From: Gemmatimonadales bacterium
Lineage (GTDB): Bacteria > Gemmatimonadota > Gemmatimonadetes > Gemmatimonadales > GWC2-71-9
Assembly: GCA_044869265.1 (NCBI GenBank)
Contig: JBIOXD010000050.1
Span: 42,369-106,368, forward strand
DNA: 64,000 nt
Direction of reading: 5' to 3'
A program made the translations under genes and the position numbers. Below are positions 8,878-17,762 of this stretch, in pieces (position 1 is the first letter of the stretch; every line of letters starts with the position of its first letter). The notes under the pieces were generated by a model, which did no database searches, was not told the DNA's origin, and saw only the letters and a list, made by a program, of their open reading frames with translations.

Positions 8878-11469
8878 ATGACGACGACGCTCGCACTGTT
8901 ACTCGTCCTGGCGGGAAATACTCCGCCTCTTGTTGCAATCGATTCACCACCGCCGCCGCTGCCCGCGCCCCAGCAGGTTCGTGCTGTTCGTTTGAATGGC
9001 GGGCAGGCTGTAGCCATAGATGGCCAGCTGCAGGAAGCGCTGTGGCGGACCGCCGAGCGGATCACCGGATTCACGCAGCGTGACCCAGTTGAAGGGGCCG
9101 CGGCCAGCGAGAGCACGGTGGTGTACATCGCGTATGATGACGCGGCGCTCTACGTTGGCGCCCGGCTGCACGACGCCCACCCCGACTCGATCATCGCACG
9201 CCTCGCCCGGCGCGATCAGAGCACGAGCTCCGACCGATTCCAGGTGTTCATCGACCCCTATCACGACAAGCGCAGCGGCTTCTACTTCGGCGTGACGGCC
9301 GCCGGCACGCTGCACGACGGCACGTTGTACAACGACGAATGGGATGACGACAGCTGGGACGGCGTGTGGGAAGCCAAAGTCACGCGCGACGAAATGGGCT
9401 GGACGGCGGAGATGCGGATCCCGTACTCCCAGCTTCGCTTTGTCCGACAGAGTGCGTACGTCTGGGGGATAAATTTCCGGCGGGACATCGCGCGGAAGAA
9501 CGAGTTCGCCTATCTCGTGTTCACGCCGAAGAACGGCAGCGGCTTCGTTTCGCGCTTCCCCGATCTCGTCGGCATTGAGCGCATCGAGCCGCCGCGGCGG
9601 CTCGAGCTGATGCCCTACGTGACGACACGCGCGGCGTTCGCGCCGCATTCACCCCGTGACCCATTCAATGACGGCTCGCAGTTCGACCCGGGGGTTGGGG
9701 CGGACGCCCGCATCGGCCTGGGTTCGAACTTGACGCTGAACGCGACCGTGAACCCGGACTTCGGCCAGGTCGAAGTCGATCCCGCGGTGGTCAATCTCAG
9801 CGACGTCGAGACGATCTTCAACGAAAAGCGGCCCTTCTTCGTCGACGGCTCGTCGATCTTCAGTTTTGGATATGGCGGCCAGAAGAATTTCTGGGGCTTC
9901 AACTGGTCGGGACCGAATTTCTTCTACAGCCGGCGCATTGGCCGTTCACTGGGTGCCTCTGCACCGGCGAACGGCTACGTCGACTTCCCGAGCGGGGCAC
10001 ACATCCTCGGCGCCGTGAAGCTCACGGGCAAAGTGGCCGGGAGCTGGAACGTCGGCGGGCTGACGGCGGTGACCGCGCGCGAACATGCGACGTTCGTCGA
10101 CAGCATGGGCACCCGATGGGACCAGGAGATCGAGCCGCTGGCGGGGTGGGGCGTCTACCGCGCGCAGAAAGAGTTTCATCAGGGACGGCAAGGCCTCGGG
10201 TTCATGTCGACGATCACCGCCCGCGCCTTCGATGATCCGGCGCTCGCGGGCTTCCGCAACAGCAGTGCGCTCATGGTCGGATCGGACGGCTGGGTTTTCC
10301 TCGATTCCAGCAAGACCTGGGTCGCGACCGCGTGGGTGGCGGGATCGCGGATCGCCGGCACGCCCAAACAGATCACCGATGTGCAGCGCAACTCGACCCA
10401 CTATTTCCAGCAGCCCGATAACCAGCATGTCACCGTCGATACGCTCGCGACCTCGCTGACCGGCGGCGCGGCTCGTTTCACGCTCGCCAAACAGCGCGGC
10501 AACATCTTCGTCAACTCCGCGTTTGGCGTCATCTCGCCGGGATTCGAGGTGAACGACCTGGGTGCCCTGTCGCGCGCGGGCTACGTCAATATGCATTTCG
10601 GCGCCGGTCGCACCTGGACCAAGCCCGGCAAGCTGTTCCGCTATGCCGAGGCCGGTGGCGCGGTGTTCCGCAACTACGACTGGGATGGCAACATCATCTG
10701 GTCGGGCCTGTTCCAGTTCGGGTACGTGCAGCTGCGCAATTACTGGGGCATGAGCTGGAACCTCGCCTACAATCCGTGGACGGTTTCCAACCGCCTCACC
10801 CGCGGCGGGCCGTTGGCGCTCATCCCGCCGGGATATCAGGCCGGTCTCGACTTCAACAGCGACAGCCGCAAACAGTTCTCGGTGAGCGGCGGAGGCGGGA
10901 CGTACTACCGCGGGAGCGCCGATTACGACTGGTATTCATACGTCAATCTGCAGTTCCTGCCGGCCCCGAACCTGTCCCTCAGCGTTGGGCCGAATTTGTC
11001 GGGTGGGCATTATCCACGACAGTACGTCGATGCCGTCCCCGACTCAACGGCCACGGCGACCTATGGGACCAGTTATGTCTTTGGCCATCTGGAGCAGACT
11101 GAGCTGTCCGCCGGGGTTCGGGTGAATTGGACCTACAGTCCGACGCTGTCGCTGCAAGTCTACGCCCAGCCGCTGATCTCCGCCGGGAAGTACGACGACT
11201 TTAGGCGCCTGGCGACGCCGCGTAGCAATGAGTACGAGCCGACGACGGCGCCGTACAATCCGGATTTCAGTTTCAAGTCCCTGCGCGGCAATGCAGTGCT
11301 CCGGTGGGAGTACATGCCGGGCTCCACGCTGTTCTTCGTGTGGACGCAGGCGCGCCAGGCGTGGGACGACACAGGGGAGTTCCAGTTCGGGCAGTCGATG
11401 GAGAAAATGTGGCAGGCGCCCGCGACGAACATCTTCATGATCAAGGCGACGTACTGGTGGAATCCGTAA
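8878..11469 (+). CDS. DUF5916 / carbohydrate-binding family 9-like outer-membrane protein
   Basis: 863 aa. N-terminal signal-like segment, then a CBM9/DOMON-like region (VRLNGGQAVAIDGQLQEALW...GFTQRDPVEG...VYIAYDDAALYVGARLHD), followed by a long beta-rich C-terminal region ending in an aromatic-rich tail (ATYWWNP). Confidence 0.7.
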   Translation: MTTTLALLLVLAGNTPPLVAIDSPPPPLPAPQQVRAVRLNGGQAVAIDGQLQEALWRTAERITGFTQRDPVEGAAASESTVVYIAYDDAALYVGARLHDAHPDSIIARLARRDQSTSSDRFQVFIDPYHDKRSGFYFGVTAAGTLHDGTLYNDEWDDDSWDGVWEAKVTRDEMGWTAEMRIPYSQLRFVRQSAYVWGINFRRDIARKNEFAYLVFTPKNGSGFVSRFPDLVGIERIEPPRRLELMPYVTTRAAFAPHSPRDPFNDGSQFDPGVGADARIGLGSNLTLNATVNPDFGQVEVDPAVVNLSDVETIFNEKRPFFVDGSSIFSFGYGGQKNFWGFNWSGPNFFYSRRIGRSLGASAPANGYVDFPSGAHILGAVKLTGKVAGSWNVGGLTAVTAREHATFVDSMGTRWDQEIEPLAGWGVYRAQKEFHQGRQGLGFMSTITARAFDDPALAGFRNSSALMVGSDGWVFLDSSKTWVATAWVAGSRIAGTPKQITDVQRNSTHYFQQPDNQHVTVDTLATSLTGGAARFTLAKQRGNIFVNSAFGVISPGFEVNDLGALSRAGYVNMHFGAGRTWTKPGKLFRYAEAGGAVFRNYDWDGNIIWSGLFQFGYVQLRNYWGMSWNLAYNPWTVSNRLTRGGPLALIPPGYQAGLDFNSDSRKQFSVSGGGGTYYRGSADYDWYSYVNLQFLPAPNLSLSVGPNLSGGHYPRQYVDAVPDSTATATYGTSYVFGHLEQTELSAGVRVNWTYSPTLSLQVYAQPLISAGKYDDFRRLATPRSNEYEPTTAPYNPDFSFKSLRGNAVLRWEYMPGSTLFFVWTQARQAWDDTGEFQFGQSMEKMWQAPATNIFMIKATYWWNP

Positions 11470-11477
11470 CGTAGTCG

Positions 11478-12038
11478 TCACTTCAGGCCAAGCTTCCTGC
11501 CGCCCGCGAGCAGCGCGATCGACTCACGAATGCGCTTTTCTCGCGTCTCGGGTCGCTTCGCCATGTGAATCCACACCACGAAATCCCGTCGGTACGTGCG
11601 GGCGAGCTGCCGAAAAAATTCCCAAGCCTTGACGTTCGTCTTGATTGCTTTCGCGACGTAGGCGGGTAGCTCCGGGATCGGCGGATGCGCCGCGTAGCGG
11701 TTTGCCGTTGGAGCCGCAGCGAGGCCCGCGGCTGCGAGCAGGCCGGCGGTTTGAAGCTCCTTCCAGCGTCTCCGGTTGATGTCCGACCATTTGCTCGTCG
11801 CCTTCCGTGGCGTGACCTTGATGGCGTAGCGATTGTTGTCCAGGCGTTTGACCAGACTGTCGACCCATCCAAAACAGAGCGCCTCGCGCACGAGTTCTTC
11901 GTACGGCATCGAAAGGACGCCGGTGGGCTGCTTGTGGCGGACGAGCCACGCGCCAGAACTCGAGGCGTGGTGCTTCAGAAGCCACTGGCGCCAGTCTTTC
12001 CGCGTCCGAAGGTCGAGCGTCATTAGGCGCTTCGACAT
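11478..12038 (-). CDS. YdeI/OmpD-associated family protein (DUF1801-related)
   Basis: ORF 11478..12119. Conserved WRQWLLKHH...PYEELVREALCFGWVDSLVKRLD...KWSDINRRRWKEL pattern of the YdeI family. Start set to MSKRLMTL (ATG at 12038). Confidence 0.7.
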   Translation of the reverse strand: MSKRLMTLDLRTRKDWRQWLLKHHASSSGAWLVRHKQPTGVLSMPYEELVREALCFGWVDSLVKRLDNNRYAIKVTPRKATSKWSDINRRRWKELQTAGLLAAAGLAAAPTANRYAAHPPIPELPAYVAKAIKTNVKAWEFFRQLARTYRRDFVVWIHMAKRPETREKRIRESIALLAGGRKLGLK

Positions 12039-12218
12039 CGTGAGCACCCTGCGAGTGCGAATGTGATGGAGCGTGGCACGTTCACATTCTACCCCCGCGA
12101 CCTTCCCCGGAGCGTTCACGACCGACGGGTTGCAGTGGACTTCGGTCTCGGAGCCAGACTATTTTGTCGCGGGCACCACGACGTTCCAGACGGCGAACGC
12201 AGGTCACCGGGGGGGCAA

Positions 12219-12920
12219 ATGCATCGAGCGCTCGGGTTCATGGTTGGCATCAGTGTGTTGGCGGCCGCGGCGTGCAGCTCCGGCAGCGGGGCTCCACCGC
12301 AAGCGCAGGCGACACGGTTCGCGATCGCCACCGTTCATTTCGAACAGAACGCCACGGACGGCGACGTGGAAGTCGTGTTCGAGGTCAAGGGCGGCAACGA
12401 CGGGCTGACCAGCTTGACCGTCACGGCACCGGACGGGCGCACCGTGATGTCGGCCACGTCGGCCGATACGTCCACCATGGGTCTGCGCCAATATCGCTTT
12501 GAGTCCCCAGAGCCGACCGACGTCCCGCGCCTCCAGAAAGCCTACCCGGAGGGCGTGTATCGGTTCGCCGGGACCACCGCGCGAGGGGTGCGATACAACA
12601 GCGAGGCGACGCTGAGCCACCGGCTCCCGGCCGGCGTTACCGGCATTACGCCGGCGGACGAGGCCGCGAATGTCCCAGTTCGTGGATTGCGGATCAACTG
12701 GACCGCCGTTCCCGACGTCGCATCCTACGTCCTCATTATCGAGCAGCCGACGCTCGGCTTCGAACTGTCGATCACCCTCCCGCGCTCCGCGACGTCATTC
12801 GCCGTGCCCGATGGGGTGTTGCGAGCCGGCCAGTCGTACACGCTCGCGATCGGGGCCGTCGCCGGAGGGGGCAACGCGTCGTACGTGGAGACCTCGTTCG
12901 CCACGGCGGCCGGCAACTGA
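12219..12920 (+). CDS. Hypothetical lipoprotein (possible FN3/Ig-like beta domains)
   Basis: ORF 12063..12920. The internal ATG at 12219 gives MHRALGFMVGISVLAAAAC|SSG, a lipoprotein signal with lipobox. No family recognised. Confidence 0.55.
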   Translation: MHRALGFMVGISVLAAAACSSGSGAPPQAQATRFAIATVHFEQNATDGDVEVVFEVKGGNDGLTSLTVTAPDGRTVMSATSADTSTMGLRQYRFESPEPTDVPRLQKAYPEGVYRFAGTTARGVRYNSEATLSHRLPAGVTGITPADEAANVPVRGLRINWTAVPDVASYVLIIEQPTLGFELSITLPRSATSFAVPDGVLRAGQSYTLAIGAVAGGGNASYVETSFATAAGN

Positions 12921-12927
12921 CCAAGCA

Positions 12928-13749
12928 TCACAGCCCCTCGCTCGGTGGCCTTGGCGGCGCCGGAACGAAATGATTGAGTGGTCCGTGGCCGCCGCTGCTC
13001 TGTCCAAGCCCGGGCGCGGCTGCGATCGCGCGATGGACGAAGCCCAGAGCGTCGCTGACAGATTGTTCGAGCGAGCGCCCCAACGCGAGACCCGCGACAA
13101 TGCCCGCCGACAGCGTGCAACCGGTGCCGTGTGTCGAGGTGGTATCGATCCGCTCGTGCGTGAAGCGACGCGCCGCGCTCTTTTGGACCAGCACGTCGAC
13201 GATGCTATCGGTGTTCGCAAGATGGCCGCCCTTGATCAGCGCGGCACGCGCGCCGAGGTCGACGAGCGCGCGACCGGCGCGTTCCATCTGATCCGGTGTC
13301 CGCACTTGGTCCTCGACCAGAATCTCCGCCTCGTTGAGATTCGGCGTGACGAGCATAGCCAGCGGCACCAGTCGCCGAGCAGTCAGCGTCTCCGCGTCGC
13401 GATCGAGTAGCCGGTCTCCCGACGTCGCTACCATCACGGGATCGAGCACGTAGTTGCGCAGGCTGTGCTCGGCGATCCGCTGCGCCACCGTTTGGACGAT
13501 GTCCGCTGAGCCGAGCATTCCTGTTTTGAATGCCGCGGGTGGCAGATCCGCCGCGAGCGCGTCGATCTGGCGGCCAACGAGGGCAGCGGGGAGAGCCTGC
13601 CAATCGAGCACTCCGACGGTATTCTGCGCGGTAACGGCGGTAACCGCGCTGGTGCCGAAAACGCCGAACTGGTGAAACGTCTTCAGATCAGCCTGAATCC
13701 CTGCGCCGCCGCCTGAATCGGACCCTGCAATGGTGAGGGCAATCCTCAT
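12928..13749 (-). CDS. thiD: Hydroxymethylpyrimidine/phosphomethylpyrimidine kinase
   Basis: MRIALTIAGSDSGGGAGIQADLKTF...TAVTAQNT N-terminus and GTGCTLS motif of ThiD. Confidence 0.92.
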   Translation of the reverse strand: MRIALTIAGSDSGGGAGIQADLKTFHQFGVFGTSAVTAVTAQNTVGVLDWQALPAALVGRQIDALAADLPPAAFKTGMLGSADIVQTVAQRIAEHSLRNYVLDPVMVATSGDRLLDRDAETLTARRLVPLAMLVTPNLNEAEILVEDQVRTPDQMERAGRALVDLGARAALIKGGHLANTDSIVDVLVQKSAARRFTHERIDTTSTHGTGCTLSAGIVAGLALGRSLEQSVSDALGFVHRAIAAAPGLGQSSGGHGPLNHFVPAPPRPPSEGL

Positions 13750-13803
13750 GAAGACACTCGCGCCTTGGCGAAAGCAAGGAGGCAGGCAATTTTAGGAGCA
13801 CCC

Positions 13804-14601
13804 ATGGCCGGGACGAGAACGCACATCGCCAATAATCTGCAGACGACCGTTCGCGATCTCCAACGGCGCAAGGCGCGCGGACGTCGCGGCCTCGCCGTCG
13901 TCGAAGGCGTGCGCCTCGTGGAGGAAGCGCTCGCGGCCGGACTCGAGTTCCGGGGCGCTCTCGTGGCTCCCGAGCTCGCGCGCACCACGCGTGGCCAGGC
14001 CCTCGCCGCCGAGCTGGCAAGCCACGCGGTGACGGTCGAAGAGGTCGGCACGCGCACGTTCTCGGAGCTCGCCGGGACCGAGACGCCGCAGGGCATCCTC
14101 GCAATCGTGCAGCCGCGAGCGTGGACCCTCACCGAGGTGACGAGCGGTCCGATTCTCGTCGTCGACGGGGTACAGGATCCGGGAAACGTCGGCACGCTGA
14201 TTCGCACGGCGCATGCGCTGGGCGCGGCCGCGAGTCTGCTGTTACGCGGCAGCGCCGATCCCATGAACGCGAAGGCGCTGCGGGCCGCGATGGGCGCGAC
14301 GTTCCGCCATCCGGTGGTCCAGCTGGACGACGGGCCGTTCATTGCCTGGGCCCGCGAGCACGACATCGTGCTCTGGGCCGCGGCCGCCGACGGTGTGCCG
14401 CTGGGCCGCGCGCTGGAATTGCGACGGACCCAGCAGGAGCTGATTGCGGTGTTGGTCGGGAACGAAGGGGCCGGCATCCGGCCGCACCTGAATGCAATCG
14501 CCGCGCAGCGCGTGGCCATTCCCCTGGCCGGCGGCGCGGAATCGCTCAATGTCGCCGTCGCCGCGGGTATCCTGCTCTACGAGGTGTTGCGTGGGCGTTG
14601 A
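13804..14601 (+). CDS. TrmH/SpoU family RNA 2'-O-methyltransferase
   Basis: DGVQDPGNVGTLIRTA, LVGNEGAGI and ESLNVAVAAGILLYE SpoU motifs. The ATG at 13804 is preceded by AGGAG (13794-13798). The ORF track starts at the TTG at 13765. Confidence 0.85.
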   Translation: MAGTRTHIANNLQTTVRDLQRRKARGRRGLAVVEGVRLVEEALAAGLEFRGALVAPELARTTRGQALAAELASHAVTVEEVGTRTFSELAGTETPQGILAIVQPRAWTLTEVTSGPILVVDGVQDPGNVGTLIRTAHALGAAASLLLRGSADPMNAKALRAAMGATFRHPVVQLDDGPFIAWAREHDIVLWAAAADGVPLGRALELRRTQQELIAVLVGNEGAGIRPHLNAIAAQRVAIPLAGGAESLNVAVAAGILLYEVLRGR

Positions 14602-15361
14602 CCCACTGATCATCGCCGGCGCGGTGGTCCTTGGCCTCTGCGTCGGCAGTTTCCTCAACGTTTGCATCCTCCGGCTCCCGCGCGATCAGTCGTTAGTGCG
14701 GCCCCGATCGACATGCCCACACTGCAAGCAGCCGATCGCTTTGCGTGACAACATTCCGCTCTTTTCCTGGCTTTGGCTGCGCGGCAAATGCCGTTGGTGT
14801 CACAAGCCGATCTCGAAACAGTATCCCCTCATCGAAGCGCTGGTCGGTGTGTTGTTCGGCGTGTCGGTGCTCGTCTACGGATTGACATTGCACGCCGTAG
14901 CTGCCGCGTTGCTCGGAACGATCCTGCTCGGCATCGCGATCACCGACGCCCGTCACTACATCATCCCCGACGAATTCACCTGGGGCGGGCTCGTGATCGG
15001 CCTGCTGATCGCGCTCGGCGGGGGCGCGCAGGGATTCCTGCAGGCACTGCTCGGCGCCGCGGTCGGATTCGTGCTGCTCTGGCTCGTCGGCGTGGTGGGC
15101 GCCTGGGTGTTCAAGGAAGAAGCGATGGGCGGCGGCGACATCAAGATGATGGCCATGGTCGGCAGCTTCGTTCATTGGCATGGGGTGTTGATCACCGTCT
15201 TCGCGGGCGCCTTGCTGGGCTCGCTGATCTTCGTGCCGCTCTCGCTGAAGAGAAAGCGTCTCGTGCCGTTCGGGGTATTCCTCGCTGTCGGTGCGGTGGT
15301 CGCCTTCGTGTTTGGAGAGGCGATCATCACCTGGTATGGGCATTTTCTCAGAGGTGAATGA
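14591..15361 (+). CDS. pilD: Prepilin peptidase (A24 family, PilD-like)
   Basis: CGSFLNV..., CPHC...CRWC zinc-ribbon and GGGDIKMMAMVG catalytic Asp motif. In-frame GTG at 14591 (VGVDPLII) chosen; it overlaps the upstream gene by 11 nt. Confidence 0.85.
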   Translation: MGVDPLIIAGAVVLGLCVGSFLNVCILRLPRDQSLVRPRSTCPHCKQPIALRDNIPLFSWLWLRGKCRWCHKPISKQYPLIEALVGVLFGVSVLVYGLTLHAVAAALLGTILLGIAITDARHYIIPDEFTWGGLVIGLLIALGGGAQGFLQALLGAAVGFVLLWLVGVVGAWVFKEEAMGGGDIKMMAMVGSFVHWHGVLITVFAGALLGSLIFVPLSLKRKRLVPFGVFLAVGAVVAFVFGEAIITWYGHFLRGE

Positions 15362-15366
15362 CATAG

Positions 15367-16530
15367 ATGGCTAACCCCTTCGAAGGCCTCTTCGATTCCG
15401 GCGACGTGCTCGAGCGCGTCGGTATCGACCTCACGGCGCAGGCGCGTCGCGGCGACCTCGAGCCGGTGCGCTGCCGGGACGCCGAGATCGCGCGCGTCAT
15501 TGATATCCTGCTGCGGCAGGGAAAAAACAACGCCGCGTTGGTGGGGCGCGCCGGCGTCGGCAAGACCGCGGTGGTCGAGGGATTGGCGCAGCGGATCGCT
15601 TCGGGCAACGTCCCGCCGGCATTGAAGGACGCTCGCGTGCTGGGGCTGGACCACGTGTCGATGCTCGCGGGAACGTCGTTCCGTGGGCAGTACGAGGACC
15701 GCATCCGGCGGCTGGTGCAGGCACTGCAGGCCGATCGCAATCTCATCCTCTTTGTCGACGAGCTCCACAACCTCATCGGGCAGGGGACTGCGATGGGGGC
15801 GGCGATGGACGCCGCCAACATGCTGAAGCCCGCTCTCGTGCGCGGAGACATTCGCGTCATCGGCGCGACCACCGGCGAGGAATACAACAAGTGGGTCAAG
15901 TCCGATCCCGCACTCGAGCGTCGCTTTCAGCCCGTCACCATCGAGGAGCTGGACGCCATTCAGACCTGGGAGGTGCTGGTCGCGCGGAGACCACGCTTCG
16001 AGCGCCATCACGCCGTGGCGATCTCGGACGACGCGCTCAAAGCGGCGATTGTGTTGACTGACCGGTTCGTTCCGGAGCGCGCTCGCCCCGACAAAGCGAT
16101 CGACGTGCTGGACGAAGCCTGCGCACACGCCCAGGCCACGGCGCAGGTATCGCCGGAGCTCGACAAGCTGATTCGCGACCGCAAGAAGCTCGAAGCGATG
16201 ATTCGGCGCGGGGCGACAGAAGAAGAGACGCGTGCTCCCGACGAGCCTTTGCCCGATCTTGCAACGGTGTTGCAGCGGTTTGGGGAAGAGATCGAAGAGC
16301 TGTTGGGCGGGCGGAAGCGGTCGAGGGCGGACGAAGGCGGTCCTGAGGTTCCGTCCTCGCCCGCCTCCGACCGCCCTCGTCCGCCTCCGACCGCCCTCGA
16401 CGAGCAGCGCGCCGACCTCGACGGCCGCCTCCGCGCCGAGCTCGAACGCCAGGGCATTGTGGTTACCGGCAAGGAAATCGCTCGGGTGGTCGCCGCAGCG
16501 GTGGGGAAGGGCATCGAGTGGGCCGGCTGA
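15367..16530 (+). CDS. Clp/Hsp100 D1-only AAA+ ATPase (no N-domain, no D2)
   Basis: Starts just before D1 (DLTAQARRGDLEPVRCRDAEIARVIDILLRQGKNNAALVG). Walker A GRAGVGKTAVVEGLA, Walker B LILFVDELHNL, VIGATT, ERRFQPV. Ends with VTGKEIARVVAAAVGKGIEW, which resembles the D1/D2 junction motif of ClpA/B/C. Confidence 0.8.
   Translation: MANPFEGLFDSGDVLERVGIDLTAQARRGDLEPVRCRDAEIARVIDILLRQGKNNAALVGRAGVGKTAVVEGLAQRIASGNVPPALKDARVLGLDHVSMLAGTSFRGQYEDRIRRLVQALQADRNLILFVDELHNLIGQGTAMGAAMDAANMLKPALVRGDIRVIGATTGEEYNKWVKSDPALERRFQPVTIEELDAIQTWEVLVARRPRFERHHAVAISDDALKAAIVLTDRFVPERARPDKAIDVLDEACAHAQATAQVSPELDKLIRDRKKLEAMIRRGATEEETRAPDEPLPDLATVLQRFGEEIEELLGGRKRSRADEGGPEVPSSPASDRPRPPPTALDEQRADLDGRLRAELERQGIVVTGKEIARVVAAAVGKGIEWAG
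16322..16400. repeat. Decamer array: 2 x CGAGGGCGGN-type units, ~20-nt spacer, then 4 inverted units including a 20-nt tandem duplication. Lies inside a CDS.
   Basis: cgagggcgga cgaaggcggt ... ccgcctccga ccgccctcgt ccgcctccga ccgccctcga. Positions 16361-16380 and 16381-16400 are 19/20 identical. Confidence 0.9.
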
Positions 16531-17762
16531 TCCGTCTTGCATCGCTCAGCGGCATGCTCGTCGCGATGGGTGCCGCGGGCGGCTGTCGCGAGCGCGCTCA
16601 AGCGGTGCAGAGCGAGGCGGAATTGAAGGACATGGTGCGCCGCATGATGCCGCGCGTCGGTCAGGCGGCGGGCCTTCCCTTCAAGCGTGAACCGACCGTG
16701 TTGCGGCGCTCGCGAGCGCAGGTGCGCGACTACGTCATTCACAAGTTCGATGAAGATCTGCCTCCCGCCGAACTCGCGGGACTCGAATCGTCGCTTCGCT
16801 TGTTCGGCCTGATTCCGGATTCTCTGCAGCTGCGCTCGACGATGATCGATCTCCTGACCGAGCAGATTGCCGGCTACTACGATCCCGATTCGAGCGCGCT
16901 CTACATCCCGGCGGATATCGAGCCGTCTCAGCTGCGCATCGTCGTGTCGCACGAGCTGGTGCACGCGCTGCAGGATCAATACGTGAAGCTCGATTCCATC
17001 ATCACGCAGCGACGCCGCAACGATCGGCGCTCGGCGGCGCAGGCAATTCTCGAAGGGCAGGCAACCGTCGCGCAGATTCCCGTCCTCATGCCTGAGCAGA
17101 ACCCCGACACATTCCCCCCGGGGTGGTTTTGGAAGCAGCGCGAGGTGATGGCACAGCAGCAGGCGCGCATGCAGGAGTTTTCGCGTGCGCCGCTGTGGCT
17201 GCGGGAAGGGCTGGTTTTTCCCTATCTGGGTGGTGCGGACTTCATCGTGTGGTACCGGCGCAAATACTTCGATGTATCGATACTGGACCCACGCCGGATG
17301 CCCACGTCGACCGAGCAGGTTCTGCATCCCGACCGCTACGCCGCCAAGGACGCGCCGACGGACGTCATCTTCACCGGCGCGAGCGTCGACACGGTGCAGT
17401 ACGAAGACAATCTCGGCGCGTTCGAAACACGACTGCTCTTCCAGCAGCATTTGAACAATGAGGCCGAGGCCGAGCAGCTCTCCGAGGGGTGGGACGGCGA
17501 TCGGTATCAAGTGCTCGGCCCCAAGGCGGACGTGCTGGTGTGGTATAGCGTCTGGGATGACGGCGCTGCGGCGTCGCGATTCGCGCGCGGCCTCGAGCGC
17601 GCTTGGGCCAAACGCCGGTCAGGCGATCGGTCGGACGGACGGTCGGAAATAAAGCAGCTGACGATCGACGGGCGGCCCGTTGTACGACTCGTCGATGCGC
17701 CGGCGAGTTGGAAGGGATGGCGCGCGCTGCCGGCCGTTCGACTTAGTGCAGCAAGCGACTGA
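16518..17762 (+). CDS. Putative zinc metalloprotease lipoprotein (HExxH, gluzincin-like)
   Basis: The GTG at 16518 gives a lipoprotein-like signal (LVAMGAAGGC). VVSHELVHALQDQ HExxH motif with a downstream ILEGQAT. Overlaps the AAA+ gene by 13 nt. Family not recognised. Confidence 0.6.
   Translation: MGRLIRLASLSGMLVAMGAAGGCRERAQAVQSEAELKDMVRRMMPRVGQAAGLPFKREPTVLRRSRAQVRDYVIHKFDEDLPPAELAGLESSLRLFGLIPDSLQLRSTMIDLLTEQIAGYYDPDSSALYIPADIEPSQLRIVVSHELVHALQDQYVKLDSIITQRRRNDRRSAAQAILEGQATVAQIPVLMPEQNPDTFPPGWFWKQREVMAQQQARMQEFSRAPLWLREGLVFPYLGGADFIVWYRRKYFDVSILDPRRMPTSTEQVLHPDRYAAKDAPTDVIFTGASVDTVQYEDNLGAFETRLLFQQHLNNEAEAEQLSEGWDGDRYQVLGPKADVLVWYSVWDDGAAASRFARGLERAWAKRRSGDRSDGRSEIKQLTIDGRPVVRLVDAPASWKGWRALPAVRLSAASD

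Noticed and set aside
13750-13803. TPP riboswitch upstream of thiD
   Set aside because: The divergent spacer is only 54 nt and lacks the conserved CUGAGA / ACCUGA elements. It is too short for a THI-box aptamer.
16008-17510. 500-aa ORF on the minus strand
   Set aside because: It is antisense to the AAA+ and HExxH lipoprotein genes, with no recognisable motifs. Shadow ORF.
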